Assembly (NCBI RefSeq): GCF_018977255.1
Contig: NW_024704743.1
Location: 116,314,001-116,378,000, forward strand
Length of the DNA: 64,000 nt
Origin: Callorhinchus milii
Lineage: Eukaryota
Direction: 5' to 3'
The position numbers were made by a program, and so were the translations under genes. A model generated the notes under the pieces. That model ran no database searches. It saw only the letters and a list, made by a program, of their open reading frames with translations, and was not told where the DNA came from. Every line of letters starts with the position of its first letter. The first letter of the stretch is position 1. This document shows positions 27,241 through 40,414 of this stretch, in pieces.

Positions 27241-28184
27241 ATACACATAAGTGTACGTCTCTAATCCCGAAACTTCCCTCCGAGTTATCTTCCAAAATGA
27301 AATAGTATTGGGCCACGTATCAGGATGTAGACTTACCATTACCATTGCCAGAACAGAGAGATTCATACTCACTCAGAAAGTACCCCAGCAACTAAAAGAC
27401 TGACTTTGACTGAGATGGGGAAAGTCTCAAATAACTGGGAATCCAAACAACCATCCAATTGAATGTTTTTTAATAAGAAGAAATGTTCATGCTCAGTCCG
27501 AACAACTGTTTTTTTGATCAGCCTGGTGTCTGACGCTTTCATTATCAAGCACATAACTTGATCCACTATCTCCCCCCTCCCACTGCACACCATCATCACC
27601 ACCACTACCAAGGAGGATGGGCCAATCCCCAGAGTGATCAATAATCCTTTGTGTTAAACAGAGAGCGTTAGAGGCTGGCAGATACCTATGTGACCCGCAG
27701 TGACTCTACCACTGTTAAGCGCTCCGGGACGCTACCCGGCATGAAAGGCGCAAAATAAATGCAAGTTGTTGTTGATGTGACCCACAGTTATAAGCAAATG
27801 CGAGGGCCCTTTAAACAGATTTGTATGTTGCTTTTTTCCTCTGAAAGCTTGCCAAGCCTCAATGTTATTCTTGAAGGGAAGAAATGAGCCAGGGTTTTCC
27901 AACTTTAAATAAACAGCACTTACGACCCCTCAGTGTTTATCTCTGAGACTCAGTGCAAATAGCTGATGATAGTGTGGACTGGACACACGACAAGCACCAC
28001 CTGCCCTGTGTCTTGTGGGAACGGATGTTGGACGAGATAGCCCACACCTCTGATCAGTTCCTCATCAGGAAATGTCCACACTTCACCTGTACCCCAACCC
28101 ACATTAACACAATCTGAGGACTCGATTCATTTGATTTTGGCTAATGGGTGTCTAATACAGACTGAGACCATCACCGTGCTTAGG

Positions 28185-28750
28185 TATCTTGGCTCAGTAT
28201 TCTTGCCTCTTAGTCAAAAGGTTGTGAGTTCGAGCCCATCGTCTGAACTTGAGCTTGTCGTCTAAGCTGACTCCAATAAAGTTGCTGGGGTGTGTGCTGC
28301 ATTCGTAGGAGCCATTTTTCGGAAGAGACATGAAACCTGAAGTCCCGTTTGCCTTTCAGGTGGATAGACCATAAGACGTAGGAGCAGGAGTAGACCATTC
28401 GGCCCCTCGAGCCTGCTCCGCCATTTCATAAAATCATGGCCGATCTTCTAACCTAATTCCATTTACCCACCCTATTTCCATATCCCTTAATCCCTCCATC
28501 CTTTAGAAATCCTTTAGAAAGGATGTTAAAGATCCCACAACACTAATCGAAAGGAGAAGGGAATTTCTCCCAGTGTACTGGCTAACAATCCACTAGATAA
28601 AATCGTTCATTCACTCGTTCACTTCATGGCTATTTGTGGGACATTGTGATCCTACACTTTACAGTAAAATCTCATGACTTGTTTTGTGATGTCCTCCCGA
28701 CCTGAAAAGCTGTAGTAAGGATCTGAAAATCAGATGTAAGGATGGTCATT
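28185..28750 (+). mobile_element. Family B SINE interrupted by an antisense CR1 3'-end fragment
   Basis: SINE core split at caggtggat|...|ggatgttaaagatccc by taggagcaggagtagaccattcggccc... Confidence 0.72.
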
Positions 28751-29339
28751 TATTGTTTTTGATATTGGTTTTAGCGTCTTATTTAGCTGTGAGGTGAATT
28801 TCAGCCCTCACACAATTATGTCTGGCTTGGAAAAAAAACGTGCCCAGAAATACAATCCAATTCATACTCCAATTTGAAACCAAGTATTTTGAGAACGCTC
28901 AAACACTTTAATCCTTGAGTTTGAAAGGCACAGTGATTGATGGTCCTCGTACTGTGGGCTTTGTTGCCCATATTAAGGCACAGAGAATGACTATAGCTCT
29001 GACTGTTTACAATAATTCTGATTTATGCATGGAACGTTTGCCAAGAAAGCTCCACATAAATTTGCAATTTCATTTATTTTGCATGGAATCATAGTTTTCA
29101 AAAAAGAACACCCACTACAGAACAAGGTCTGAGCGGTCATGTTTTTGAAGCCACCGTATTACATCCCAGGATCACAGGATACAATCAGATCAAATGTTCC
29201 TTTGGTCCAGTTGATCTCATTATTCCACAAGGTTGTTGTCTTCCCATCTACCATCCAACGCTTCCTCTGCAAATGTTTATCTAATTCCCTTTCGCGAGAA
29301 CTTTAATATTCTTCATATTCTTCTGCTTGTTCTAATACT

Positions 29340-29917
29340 ACAATTACACCATTCTCCTCCAATGTCTGTCCACCATCATCCACCTCAGTGGGACCGCACT
29401 CGCTTTGTTTGAATCCTACCTTACAAACCACCAGTACTACATTTCTGCAAATGGCTTTTCTTCGCGCTTCCACCCGGTCATCTGCGGGGTACCACAAGGA
29501 TCCATCCTTGACCCCTTTCTCTTCCTCATCTTATATGCGGCCTCTTGGTGATGTCATTCGCAGACACGGGGTTAACTTCCACATGTATGTGGATGACACT
29601 CAACTCTACTTTTCCACCTCCAGCTGCGACTCCCAGTCCCCTGATGTTCTATCAGCTTGTCTGTTGGGCATCAGGAGCTGGATGAGTGCAAATTTCCTGC
29701 AGTTAAACATCAACAAGACGGAAGTCATACTCCTTGGCTCCCGCCAATGTCTTCTGTCCCACAGATCTGACCTCCTCAACCTATCTGATCTGTTCTTAAA
29801 ACTCTCTGAACCCGTGCGCAACTTAGGCATCAGGTTTGATCCCCAGTTATCCTTCCTCCCCCACATCCGGAGACCCTGCCCGGAGTGGAGGGCGCTATAA
29901 AAGTGCAAGTTGTTGTT
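29340..29917 (+). mobile_element. L2 LINE fragment with internal deletion
   Basis: [23 protein letters not shown] joined directly to the 3' tail gggcgctataaaagtgcaagttgttg. Confidence 0.85.
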
Positions 29918-31914
29918 ACAGCTTGCAAGTCTAGACACTATGGTGCGTGTGTTATGGTATGCATCAGTGTGTGTGTGCTTGTCTTTTGACTATCTGTGTG
30001 TGTGTGTGCAATGTCAGTTGTGTATGTGAACATGTCTGTGTTATAGTATGTGTCAGTGTGTGTGCAATGTCAGTTGTGAATGTAGGTCTGTGTGTCGTAG
30101 TGTGTGTGTCCGTGTCTCAATGAGTGTTAGTGTGTGAGTTTTTTTTGGTGAGGTAGATGAGTGCCGCAAGAGCAGCCCCGTTCAGGTGAAGATCAGAGAA
30201 TGGTGACACTTTAGCAATACGGCAAACATCGCCATGTTCCCGACTGAGTCTAATTTGCGCTGTTTCTCAAACATCAACTCCTCCCCGACCCAGTCATTGT
30301 TTTAGAAATTCCATAATTACACGTTTCCTGTGAAGACAATCTGGTACAGAACGTCTCAGACCAGAGGCTGTGTGGTTTAGACCTGAGGGGCTGTTATCAG
30401 TGCCCAGGCAGGGGTCCGGCAAGCAGTTGAACCCGTACTGAGGTTCACTTGAAGGAGCCTCGACAGGGGGTGGGAGGGGAGGAGGAGGGAATTCCTTACA
30501 TGGGAGCTGCCTCTGCTTTGTGAACACTGCGCTGTTTTTCGCAGCAGTTTTCGGCTTCTTAAAACAAGCCGTGGCCTCCCTGGTTCTGTCCAGAGTCCAG
30601 CTATTGCTGCTAATAAATCTGCAGAACTGTAAATGTCTACAGTGGAATTTCCTAACCAGGAAAAAGTGCCCCCGAAAGGCATCCCCTCTCCCCTTCCCTC
30701 CTTGGGTCAGAGTTTTGTTGTGAAGGGAGTGAGATACCCCAAGTGATCAGGATTAGCCTTGTGCATTGAAACACACAGCCTTTTTCCTGTTCTCACTGTT
30801 CATGTGACTGAAGGTCTGTTTTACTGGGTGTGGACCTACTGTTAAGAACAGAAATTGGTGATTGATACTTTGAGCTGTAAATCTGATGTGAATTGTGCAC
30901 AGGGTTAACTGAATAGATTTCCCGTTTTAATTACCATTGCTGATTCTGTTTACTACACTGTAGAAGAAATTCGATAACAACAATTTACAGTGCCTTTCAA
31001 GTCGGGGTAGATATCTCAAAGCCCTTCACACAAGTAATTAGGAGCCCCAGTTGACGGGGGGAGGGGGCGATTGAAGTGACAGAACCTAGAATGTGCGCTT
31101 CACAGGAACCTGGAGCTTCACTGGAAATTGTTGTGGAGTGACTTTATATTTTTAACAAACGATGCAGCCATTTCGCACACAGCAGTGTTCCACGACCAGC
31201 CAGGAAGCGAATGATTCATTTCAATTTGGGGGATTTTCAGCCAGGACAACCCTAAACTTCTGTTTTCAGATAGCACCATGAGATCTTCAGTGTCCATCTG
31301 AACAGACAGACGGGACCTCGGGTTTAACATATCTTGTGAAGGATGATACCTCCTGACAATACGGCACTTTTCCTAGTGAGCCTGGACTAAGAAATTATTT
31401 TGCGCTGATGGTTTAAGGAATATGGAGCTGAAAGGAAAGAATGAAATGTTAATAGGGTGGTGTGGGGGTGGGAGAGAGAGACAAGGGGATCAAAGGTTTG
31501 GAGGTTGGGGAGAGGGCAATAAGGGGCATGGAGGCTCACAAGGAGTATAAACACCAGAGTGAATTAGTTATAATAATAATAATCCTTGCATTTGATACAG
31601 CACCTTATCACATCTTCGAGATGTCTCAAAGCGCTTGTTGTGTTGAGTGGATTGTGTAATTCTGCTGTGATTTCTGAGTATTTGAAGGGCAGTGTCGTCC
31701 AGCTGTCACGTGACTGCTCGGCCTCGTCACCAAGGCTGCAGTGTAAAGATCCTGAGCTCATCCATCCTGTTCTCTTGTTTAATTGCACCCAATCTTGCGC
31801 TGCGCTCTAATACTGCCTCATTAACCGAGCAGGATCAAAGTGGACGTGGCCGTCTGCTCCACAGAGAGAACGTGTTCCGCTCCAATTTACCTCTCTTCAA
31901 CTTAACAGCATGTT

Positions 31915-32460
31915 GTGCATCAGCTTGGCTCGGTTGGGGGCACTCTCACCTCTGGGTCAAAAGGTTGTGAGTTCAAGTACCACGTCAGGACTTTGAACTC
32001 ACAGCATAGGCTGTGACTCCCAGTGCAGCGCTGGAGGTGTGCTGCATTGTTGGGGGTGTCGTTCTTTGGATGAGACTTTAAACCGAGGTCACATCTGCCT
32101 GTTTGGGTGGACATTAAAGATCCCACAACTCTTTGGAAAGAGAAGGAAGTTTCTCCTGGTGTCCTAGCCAAGAATCCCCCAAATGAAATTGGTCATTCGC
32201 TTCACGGATATTTGTGGGATATTGGCTGTGTGCAAATTAGCTGCTGCATTCGCCTATAAAATACATCACACCATGGTAAATCCTGAGAAGCGCTTTGAGC
32301 CTTTTGGACAATGATATTTTAAAAAATCCTTGCATTTGATATATTTTGTTTCATCCACAAAATATAGTCAATTCACTTTACAGTATATTCTGTGAAGCAC
32401 TATGAGACGTCTCGAAGACGTGATAAGGCGCTATATCAAATGCAAGGATTATTATTACTA
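31915..32460 (+). mobile_element. Family B SINE followed by family A 3' fragment
   Basis: Head, core and tail motifs; second tail ending gcaaggattattatta. Confidence 0.72.
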
Positions 32461-35400
32461 TATAGCAACATCAAAGGATTTGCAGTGATTTATCGACAAA
32501 TTACTATTATTAGGATGTACATTGAGACATTGCAATGTGTTGATGCCCTTTATAAAAGCTAGTTCTCTTCTTCCACGTGCCCCTCCATTTTCCATTCCCA
32601 CCTAGTAAGTGTGACTGGTCTCCTCTGTTCCTAGTCTCCCAGCAAAGGGGAGGGAGACTCCCATCAAGGGACAATGGATAGTGTGTGGAAGCTTGTGATG
32701 TCCGGTTTGGGATCCAGGCAGACGACAGAAGCTTCGCTCTGACCTGTCAAAGAAAGAGATTTATTCTTCGTCCAATAAATGACCCCTGGCAGTTGATAGA
32801 CAGATACATTGCACAGCATGGCAGGTAATTGTGTCTGTTCCTGACATGAGATTAAATTGAGGCCAGATTGGCATCCCCCTCAGGGACCCCTCCCAAACAC
32901 ACACACATCGTCTGCCGCCTTGCCCTTGCCCTTGGCCTCTCACTGCAGGCTGTCTGGCCGTCCCAGAGAAGTTAAACATTTGTGAGTGAGTTAACATCAT
33001 TAACATCCATACAACCGTAGAAACGTACACAGAACAAAAGGCCGTTCGGCCAAAACTCTGGAACACTCTCCCTCAATCATTGCCTCGCCCCCTCTCTCCC
33101 CTCTTTCAAGTCCCACCTGAAAACTTTCCTCTTCGACCGTGCTGATGGCCATCTCCCCACTCTCCCCTCCCCGGGCTCGGCGTCAGGCTCCACCACTGTT
33201 AAGCACTCTGAGATGCTTCCCTGCGAGGAGGGCGCTATATAAGTGCAAGTTGTTGTTGTAGTTTCCTTGCTGCTGCATTTTGCGCACAAAATATAGTCAA
33301 TCCACTTTACGGTATCCTGTGAAGCCCTTTGAGACGTCTGAAGGACGTGGTAAGGCGCTATATGAAATGCAAAGATTATTATTATATTCCCTGGAGTGCA
33401 GATTGTGAAGAAAATTCGCCTCAGTGGTGCACTGGAACTCTCCCGAAATCCCTCATACCCAACCCCGCCATTCTGGTTTTGAAACCCATCTAACAAATTC
33501 ATACCTTCAGTGAACTCCCTCCTCACTCCACTTCTATTTCCCACCTTGCCTGGCTTTCCACTCTACTCTGTCTATGACGTGAGCTCTAAGACATCACCCT
33601 GTGAGAAGGGAGCTTGTGTAAGTGCCAGCTGTTGTTCTTGAAAGGGAGATTGGAATGACACTGATGCTTATTTTCCCAGCCTTTGTCCCTCCAGACTCCA
33701 AACGTGCTGAGACTGACTGAGGCTGAGGCAGTAGGAACGAAGAGAGACAGCGACAGAGGCTGAAGCGTTGAGGCAACAACAACCGATGTGCTTGACTGAG
33801 GCATTAGTTGTACGAGTGTTAACCATAGGTGACCTAAGCGTTGGCTGCTTTGAAACACAGTCAAGGCTGGTGGGTCAACAGGGCTTTTGTAGATTTTGTT
33901 ATTTGAGACATCGCGCACTCACTCTCCCGGTGGCCTGCCCTTTGTTCCACTGGACTATAGCTGCAGAGTTTCAGAAATAAGACTTCGAAACCCCGAATTC
34001 CAACTAGTCTTAGCCCGCCAAACCGTTTTGTCTTGAAGCTTAATTAAGATTGCTCAGATCAGTGGAAAATTCAGACTTTTAATAAAAACGAACCCCTCAG
34101 CCTTAATTTGGAAACAGGATCTGCGGGAAACCCGCTTCTAATTTAGTACGAATTCAATGAATCTTTTAATAATCTAAGAGAAAATAGCCTGACAGGCTAA
34201 GACAAAGTGGAAATTTGGGCTATTTTGGCTTAAAGTGGAAGATGGCCTGAATTGTGCTAAATTCTTAAATTCAGCTTCAATTTGGAAGCGTTTTCGCCGT
34301 AGCTCTTAAGTAAGGGGCCAGCTTCCAAATTGAGACTGGATTTATTGTGTTTCCCACAGTCGGGCCCCATTCTCAAATTGTAAAGGAAAATCCACGAGGA
34401 TTTTCGGGCCTCAGGTCTCTTGTTATGACCCATTTGCATCGGATGGCTGGAGGAGCAGAGTTCATCTCGGCTGATCGAACAAGAGCCAGAACAGAGCAAC
34501 CTGGAATGTGTGGTGCTTCCATATCACTCCTGTGTCCGTGTTAAAATGTTCTTTTCTGTCCCACATTCTTTTTGGGGGCTAGGGGTGAAGTAAGTGGATT
34601 CTTTTTGGGGCTGAAATGGTTCCAAGGTGATGCACCTGGAAATGGGATATCGGAATCAAGCCAACCCTCTGTGGCGGTGGCAGTAGTCTCGTTCCTGAGC
34701 CAGGCAGGACCACAGTACTCTGTTTCTCACAGGCTGGGGAACTGGGGGACAAGGCAGAGGGGTTGAGGGAGAGATTTCCAAAGTTTCAGGTCGTAGTGGC
34801 TGAAAGCATAGACGCTGATGGTGGAGCGCAGGGCACGAGGGACAAGAGGAGGGTGGAGCCAGTCAAGTGGAGGCAGCAGGTGGTGGAATGGGGAATAAGC
34901 AGGTCAGAGAGGTAGGGAGGTGCTAGGGCGTGAAGGGATTTGTAGACAAGAATGAGGATCTTGAAATCAAGATTACAGTGGCCTCTGTAGAGCCTGCCTT
35001 GATATACTGCAACTTTGGATGTGGGCAGAGATAAGTTGCCTCCTTCCCTCTGCTATAGTCTTGATGAATTGTACAGTATCTCCTGCAAGTGCCATTGTTT
35101 ATGGCTCTCACTGTCAGACGAAGTTAATGACACAGCAAACCCCTCCATCACTCACTGATAAGCCAGACGTGAAGCAATGCAATGACTCAATGTATCTATA
35201 AATTACAGATGGGCCTAACACATGCTAGAATACAACGACTCCCGTGTTGAGCTCCTGGCTTTCATTCGATGAAATGAGTGTTTATGGTAGATAACTTGAT
35301 TGAGATGAAGGCCGCTTCAGGGAGTGCCCTGGGATTTACCGGGGAGTTGTGATAATTCCGCTTTCCAGGAACATAATGGTTTAATAATAATAATAATAAT

Positions 35401-36299
35401 AATAATCCTTGCATTTGATATAGCGCTTTTCACGTCGGGAGGACGTCCCAAAGCGCTTCACAGAACACACTGTAAAGTGAATTGACTGTATATTTGTGGG
35501 CGAATCTGGTGGTGAGCTTCATGCTGGGATGTGATCATAGAACCTGGGCTGATGCTTCAGCCCGGTGCCTTGTTGAAAATCCCATCCAGACATTTATGGT
35601 TCACATAAATGCCAGTTGTTGTTATTGTCAGGAGTTACGATGAAGCACTTCGAGACCTATGTTCTTGATAAGCGTGCTAGAAAAACACGCTTTCTTCACC
35701 ATCCGTCCAAAAGTAACCACAAGTTGGGAGAGTTTCTGTAGCAAACGGGAGAGGGAGGAATGAGATGGGCTTACTATAATAATAATAATAATCCTTGCAT
35801 TTGATATAGCGCCTTATCACATCGTTCAGACGTCACAAAGCGCTTCACAGAATATATTGTAAAGTGGATTGGCTGTGTAATTTGTGGGCAAAACTACATA
35901 GACTATAGAGAGGCTGATGGAGGGAGTGGGCGTTTTTCTGAAATGAAGCACTGTGAAGATCTAATGAAAAGAATGAGTGGGGGGGTGCGGGGTGAGTGGA
36001 ATTGACTGTGCTGGGTAAGGTTGCCTCCTACGCTCATTAACGATCACACAGCCGCGAGGAATGTGGCCTTACTTCTCCCAGCTCAGGCTAACAGTGCTTA
36101 GCTCCCACACTCTCTCTGGCAACGTGAGCGCCTAGCATCATTCCGGGCTGTGACCTTGACCTCCTCCCTGCGGAATTATGGCCTCCATCTGTGAGGATGA
36201 AACTTCTCATGATGACTGTTTTGACTTTTAATATATTTAACCGTTTATATATAACCTTCAAAAAAACACTCAATCCACAACTGTTTGTGGGACACTGCT

Positions 36300-36768
36300 G
36301 TGCTGCAGATCATCCAGAACTCTGCAGCCTGTGTCCTCTCCTGAACCAGGCTCAGTGACCCGATCATCCTCATCTTTGCCCGACCCCATTGGCTTCCCAT
36401 CACTCAGAGGATACAGTTCAAGATCCTGGTCCTCACCTTCAAAGCCTTCCATGGCCTTATTCCCCCCTACCTCTGGAACCTCCTAACCCCCCTACCATCC
36501 TGCCTGCTTCCTCCGCTCAGCGGGCTCCAGCCTGCTTCATGTCCCCCACCTTGCCCACCCCACTATTGGCAGGCGGACCTACTGCCACTCTGCCCCTACC
36601 CTCTGGAATTCCATCCCTCAGTCCCTCCGCCTCGCCCCCCCTCCCTTGCCTCCTTCAAGACCCATCTCAAGTCCTTCCTCTTCAACCATGCTTTCGATCA
36701 CCGTGCTCCCCCCCCGCCCTCCACCCTCCTCAATCCCGACCCCCAGCTCGGGTCCAAAACACTGACTA
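36300..36768 (+). mobile_element. L2 LINE 3' fragment
   Basis: Closely similar to 5755-6210. Confidence 0.85.
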
Positions 36769-39333
36769 ACAGGGCCCGTAAAGAGTTCTGCTTAAAAAAA
36801 ATCAAGAGCCCTAAATATTTACTTCCAATCTATACCTATCTATTTCGATTCGTCACGACAAGCTGTACAAGTCTAAACATTTCAGAGTTTGCTGGCGTCA
36901 TTGTCTCTGTGTGGCACGCTGAGGAAAGCCTTGCACCCAGTAACCGTTAACTCCTGCTATCCTACCTTTTGATCCCTCAGAAAAACATTGGTCTTTCGCC
37001 TCGTGGCTGTTTTGGGACGTTGCTGGCCGCAAATGGGCTGTCGCATTCACTTACAAAATACAGTCACTGCAAATCATAGTAAATGCAGTGAAGCACTTTG
37101 AGACATCCTCCTGGCGTGAAAGGCACTATAGTAAAACTCGCATAAGTCTTATCTTTGTAAATAAAGATCCCATTGTATAAATAACATTTATTTATTTTAT
37201 TTATTTATAAATAAAGATCCCATCACCTAAGTCATACATTTACCCGAGTCGTATTCAGTTTCCTATCAAAACCACTTAGATTTCTTCACACTAATCTTAT
37301 TAATCACCTCCTAACTTGCAGCTCCCCTACCTTCCATTACTCTCACAATTACCGGCTGCATTGAATCACGGAAATTACGTACTCACCCATCCACGTACGC
37401 ACACTGACTGATATGATTTATGTGAGTTTTACTGCATATCAAAATATAGGGATTATTGTTGTTGTTATAGTGTGATGAGTATTAAAGTATTATTATTGTT
37501 GTTGTTCACTCCTTCAAAGAAAGGAAGCAGCTGAGCAAGGACCTTTGTTGGTTTTGATGCTTCTGGGGCCCGGGGAGAGAGAAAACCCTGACCGCGAATG
37601 GAAAGAGGTCAAGGATCCTTGGAGGATCCTAAATCATTGTGATCAGACAGAGCACTGCTGGAGCTCGCTGTGGAGAGGGAAGCAGTATTCCTGTTAACTG
37701 AGAAACTGTGGAAAGTCGAGATCTCATTTCCAGCACAGGATAATGAAGACAATTGAACGTAGCCTATTTAAGCCTCAGTGAAGGGTGGGTATCTCCTTGG
37801 TCATCTAGGTGTCTGATACATATGGAAACCCGTGAAAATTGGCAGGCTGCAATCTGCATGCCACCCATCACATGGAAATTTCCACGTCTGGAATGGAATT
37901 CCCACGCTTTCCCCGGAGGTACGCGCCCTGCTTAACTAATTCCGGAGAGCATCAGGCCAGATTGGCAAGGACCAAGACTTGGGGGGACCCAGAATGTGCT
38001 TTGGGTACTCATAGCGGGGTACTCCCAGAGTTTAACTAGCGGAAACCGCAGAGCACTTTCTGGCAAGCTTCCCTTCTTTTTTCAAACAGTACAGTGGGAT
38101 CTTTAACATCCATCTGAATAGGCAGACGTCAGTTTATTATCTCATTCGAAGCACGGCAATGCAACACACCCCCAGCACTGCGTTGGAGTCTGAGCCTACA
38201 CTATATGAGTTGCTTGAACCCACATCCTTCTCACTCAGAGGCGTGAGCACTTCCAAGTAAGCCAGGCTGAAACGCAATTACTAGCACATGCAGTGACTTG
38301 CTTAAGGTAAACACAAAGGTTATTTGCACAGTAAATCCTGTGCTTTCAGACATTTCAAAATGTCACTAAAGCACTATATCAAATCCAAGGATCATTATTA
38401 TTATTTTCCCACAAACATCCATGAGGTGAATGACAGGAGGATTGTTGGCCAGGATAGTGGAAGAAACTGCCTTCTCTTTTCACATTTTTTTCTTTTTCTC
38501 ACAGAGCGTTTATCCAAACATTGAATGCTTTGCTGCACATGCCAATTGAATTATAACATTTAACAGGGAATTGGGTAAATGTTTAAACAGGAACAACATA
38601 AAATGCCGCAGAGTATTGGGATTTGAGTTCATTGCTCCAGTCAAGCAGAGACTTGATAGAATGAATGAGCGCTATCTGTGCTGTAATTTCTAACAAAGCT
38701 ATGACCCGATCCAAGAAATATTCCTTGTTAGAATGATTAAAAGTTCTGAAAGAGAGAAAGAAAAAAGGAGGGTGAAAAAGAAACACAGAGAGCAACACAG
38801 AGTGAAAAAGACAGAGAAGGAAAAAAGGGAGAGTGAAATGAATTCAGGGCAAGAGAAAGCAGTGAGAGGAGAAAGACAGACATAGTAGTGGCTGGCACAG
38901 GAGAGGCTGCCTGGTGAAGAATGAGTGGACTCGACACAAAGGTCGTCTGAGCATTGTGGCCTTATTATTGGCCTCTCCGCAGCCAGACTGAAGAAGCACT
39001 CCAGACTGTTCAAACCGCAGCATTGAGCTCAAAACCTTTTGACAGACGTGTCACGGGCAGAGCTGTGAAGGGCTCCTTGTGCTCAGAGAGTTTCCCGGCG
39101 TGAATATCATTCTTGATATGTGGCTAAAAGGCTGCGGTAATGTGGTGAGGATTAACCCGCCATTGTTGGGTGATGGAATCCGGTCCTATTCATGAACAAA
39201 AGCGCCCAGCACTGGACACAGCGGAGCTAATGGATTGCGAGTTTGGTTTACTTGGCGTCAAAGGCTGACGTAATCTGTTGAGGGTTTTTTTTTGTTTTAA
39301 GTGATGCTCTTTGGTTTTTCTGTGGTCTTTCAG

Positions 39334-39393
39334 AGCTCTTTGAAGAGAAGAGGGAGCCGAGAACTTCACAAAGACAAGAAGAGTGCTACTCAG
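39334..39393 (+). CDS. MTCL1: MTCL1 coding exon 4 (20 codons)
   Basis: ggtctttcag|AGC; SSLKRRGSRELHKDKKSATQ; CAG|gtaagg. Confidence 0.92.
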
Positions 39394-40414
39394 GTAAGGA
39401 GAGCCCTGCTCTCTGGAGTTACTTTAATAGGGGAGGGGCGAAGGGAGCACAGACAAGTGGATGCCAACACTCTAGGTATGATGCCAGCTTCATCCAGCCA
39501 CAGGGCATGCAGTCTTGGGTTGAAAGAGCGCCCATCAGTAACTAAAGAAAGGCTTGAGGCGCTGGAAGTTTTTATCAGTGGGGACACATTGTTTTGTTAC
39601 TAATCTGCTCTGGGTGGTGTTTGGAAGGCTTATGCTATCCGCACAGCTAAGTGTGCAGTTTGCTGTGGCTTAACAAAAGGAGGGAGAGACACAGTGTAAT
39701 GTAAGGATAATGTAAAACTGAAGATTGGACTGTGTGAGGGCAGCGAAGTGTGACCACAGCCCGGCCTTTTGCAAACTCCTGCCAGGAAGTGTCAGCAGTT
39801 CAGAGAGAAGATTGCTATGTGTGTGTCTCTCTCCGTCTGTGTCATCGCTGGGCTTACTCATTTGGTGGGAGCCATCAGGTTAGACACGGTAGATTACTTC
39901 TCAGAATGAAGTAAAAAGACATTATTTAAACTAAAAAAAATCTCTAAAAAGAAAGCAACAAAGGAACTCAAAGACACTTGTCTGAGAGTGTGGGGGAAGA
40001 GAGTGGGGTAATTGAAAAGAATACTGATCTCTCCATCTATCGATGCATTCAAGGGGAAGCTAGATGAGGCAGTGGGAAATAGAAAGGTTTGGAGGGAGTA
40101 AAGGTAAATGCCTCATATGGATTATAAGCACCAACACGGACCGGTTGGGCCGAGTGGCCCATTTCCGTGCTGTACATTGTTTGAAAATCTTTAATAGTGA
40201 GCTTCCAGCTTTGAACCTCAGTCTGTGCTACTTTACCAGGGCTAAAATTGGCCTCTGTGTCTCCCGTCCCACATACCCACACAAACACACACGATCAACG
40301 AGAGGTTCAATCGGTTAAAGCTGTGAAGCACTTTGAGATGTCTCAATGGCCTGATAAGGAGCTATATCAAATACAAGGATTATTATTACTAAATGTCTCT
40401 CCGTTGCATGGCAG

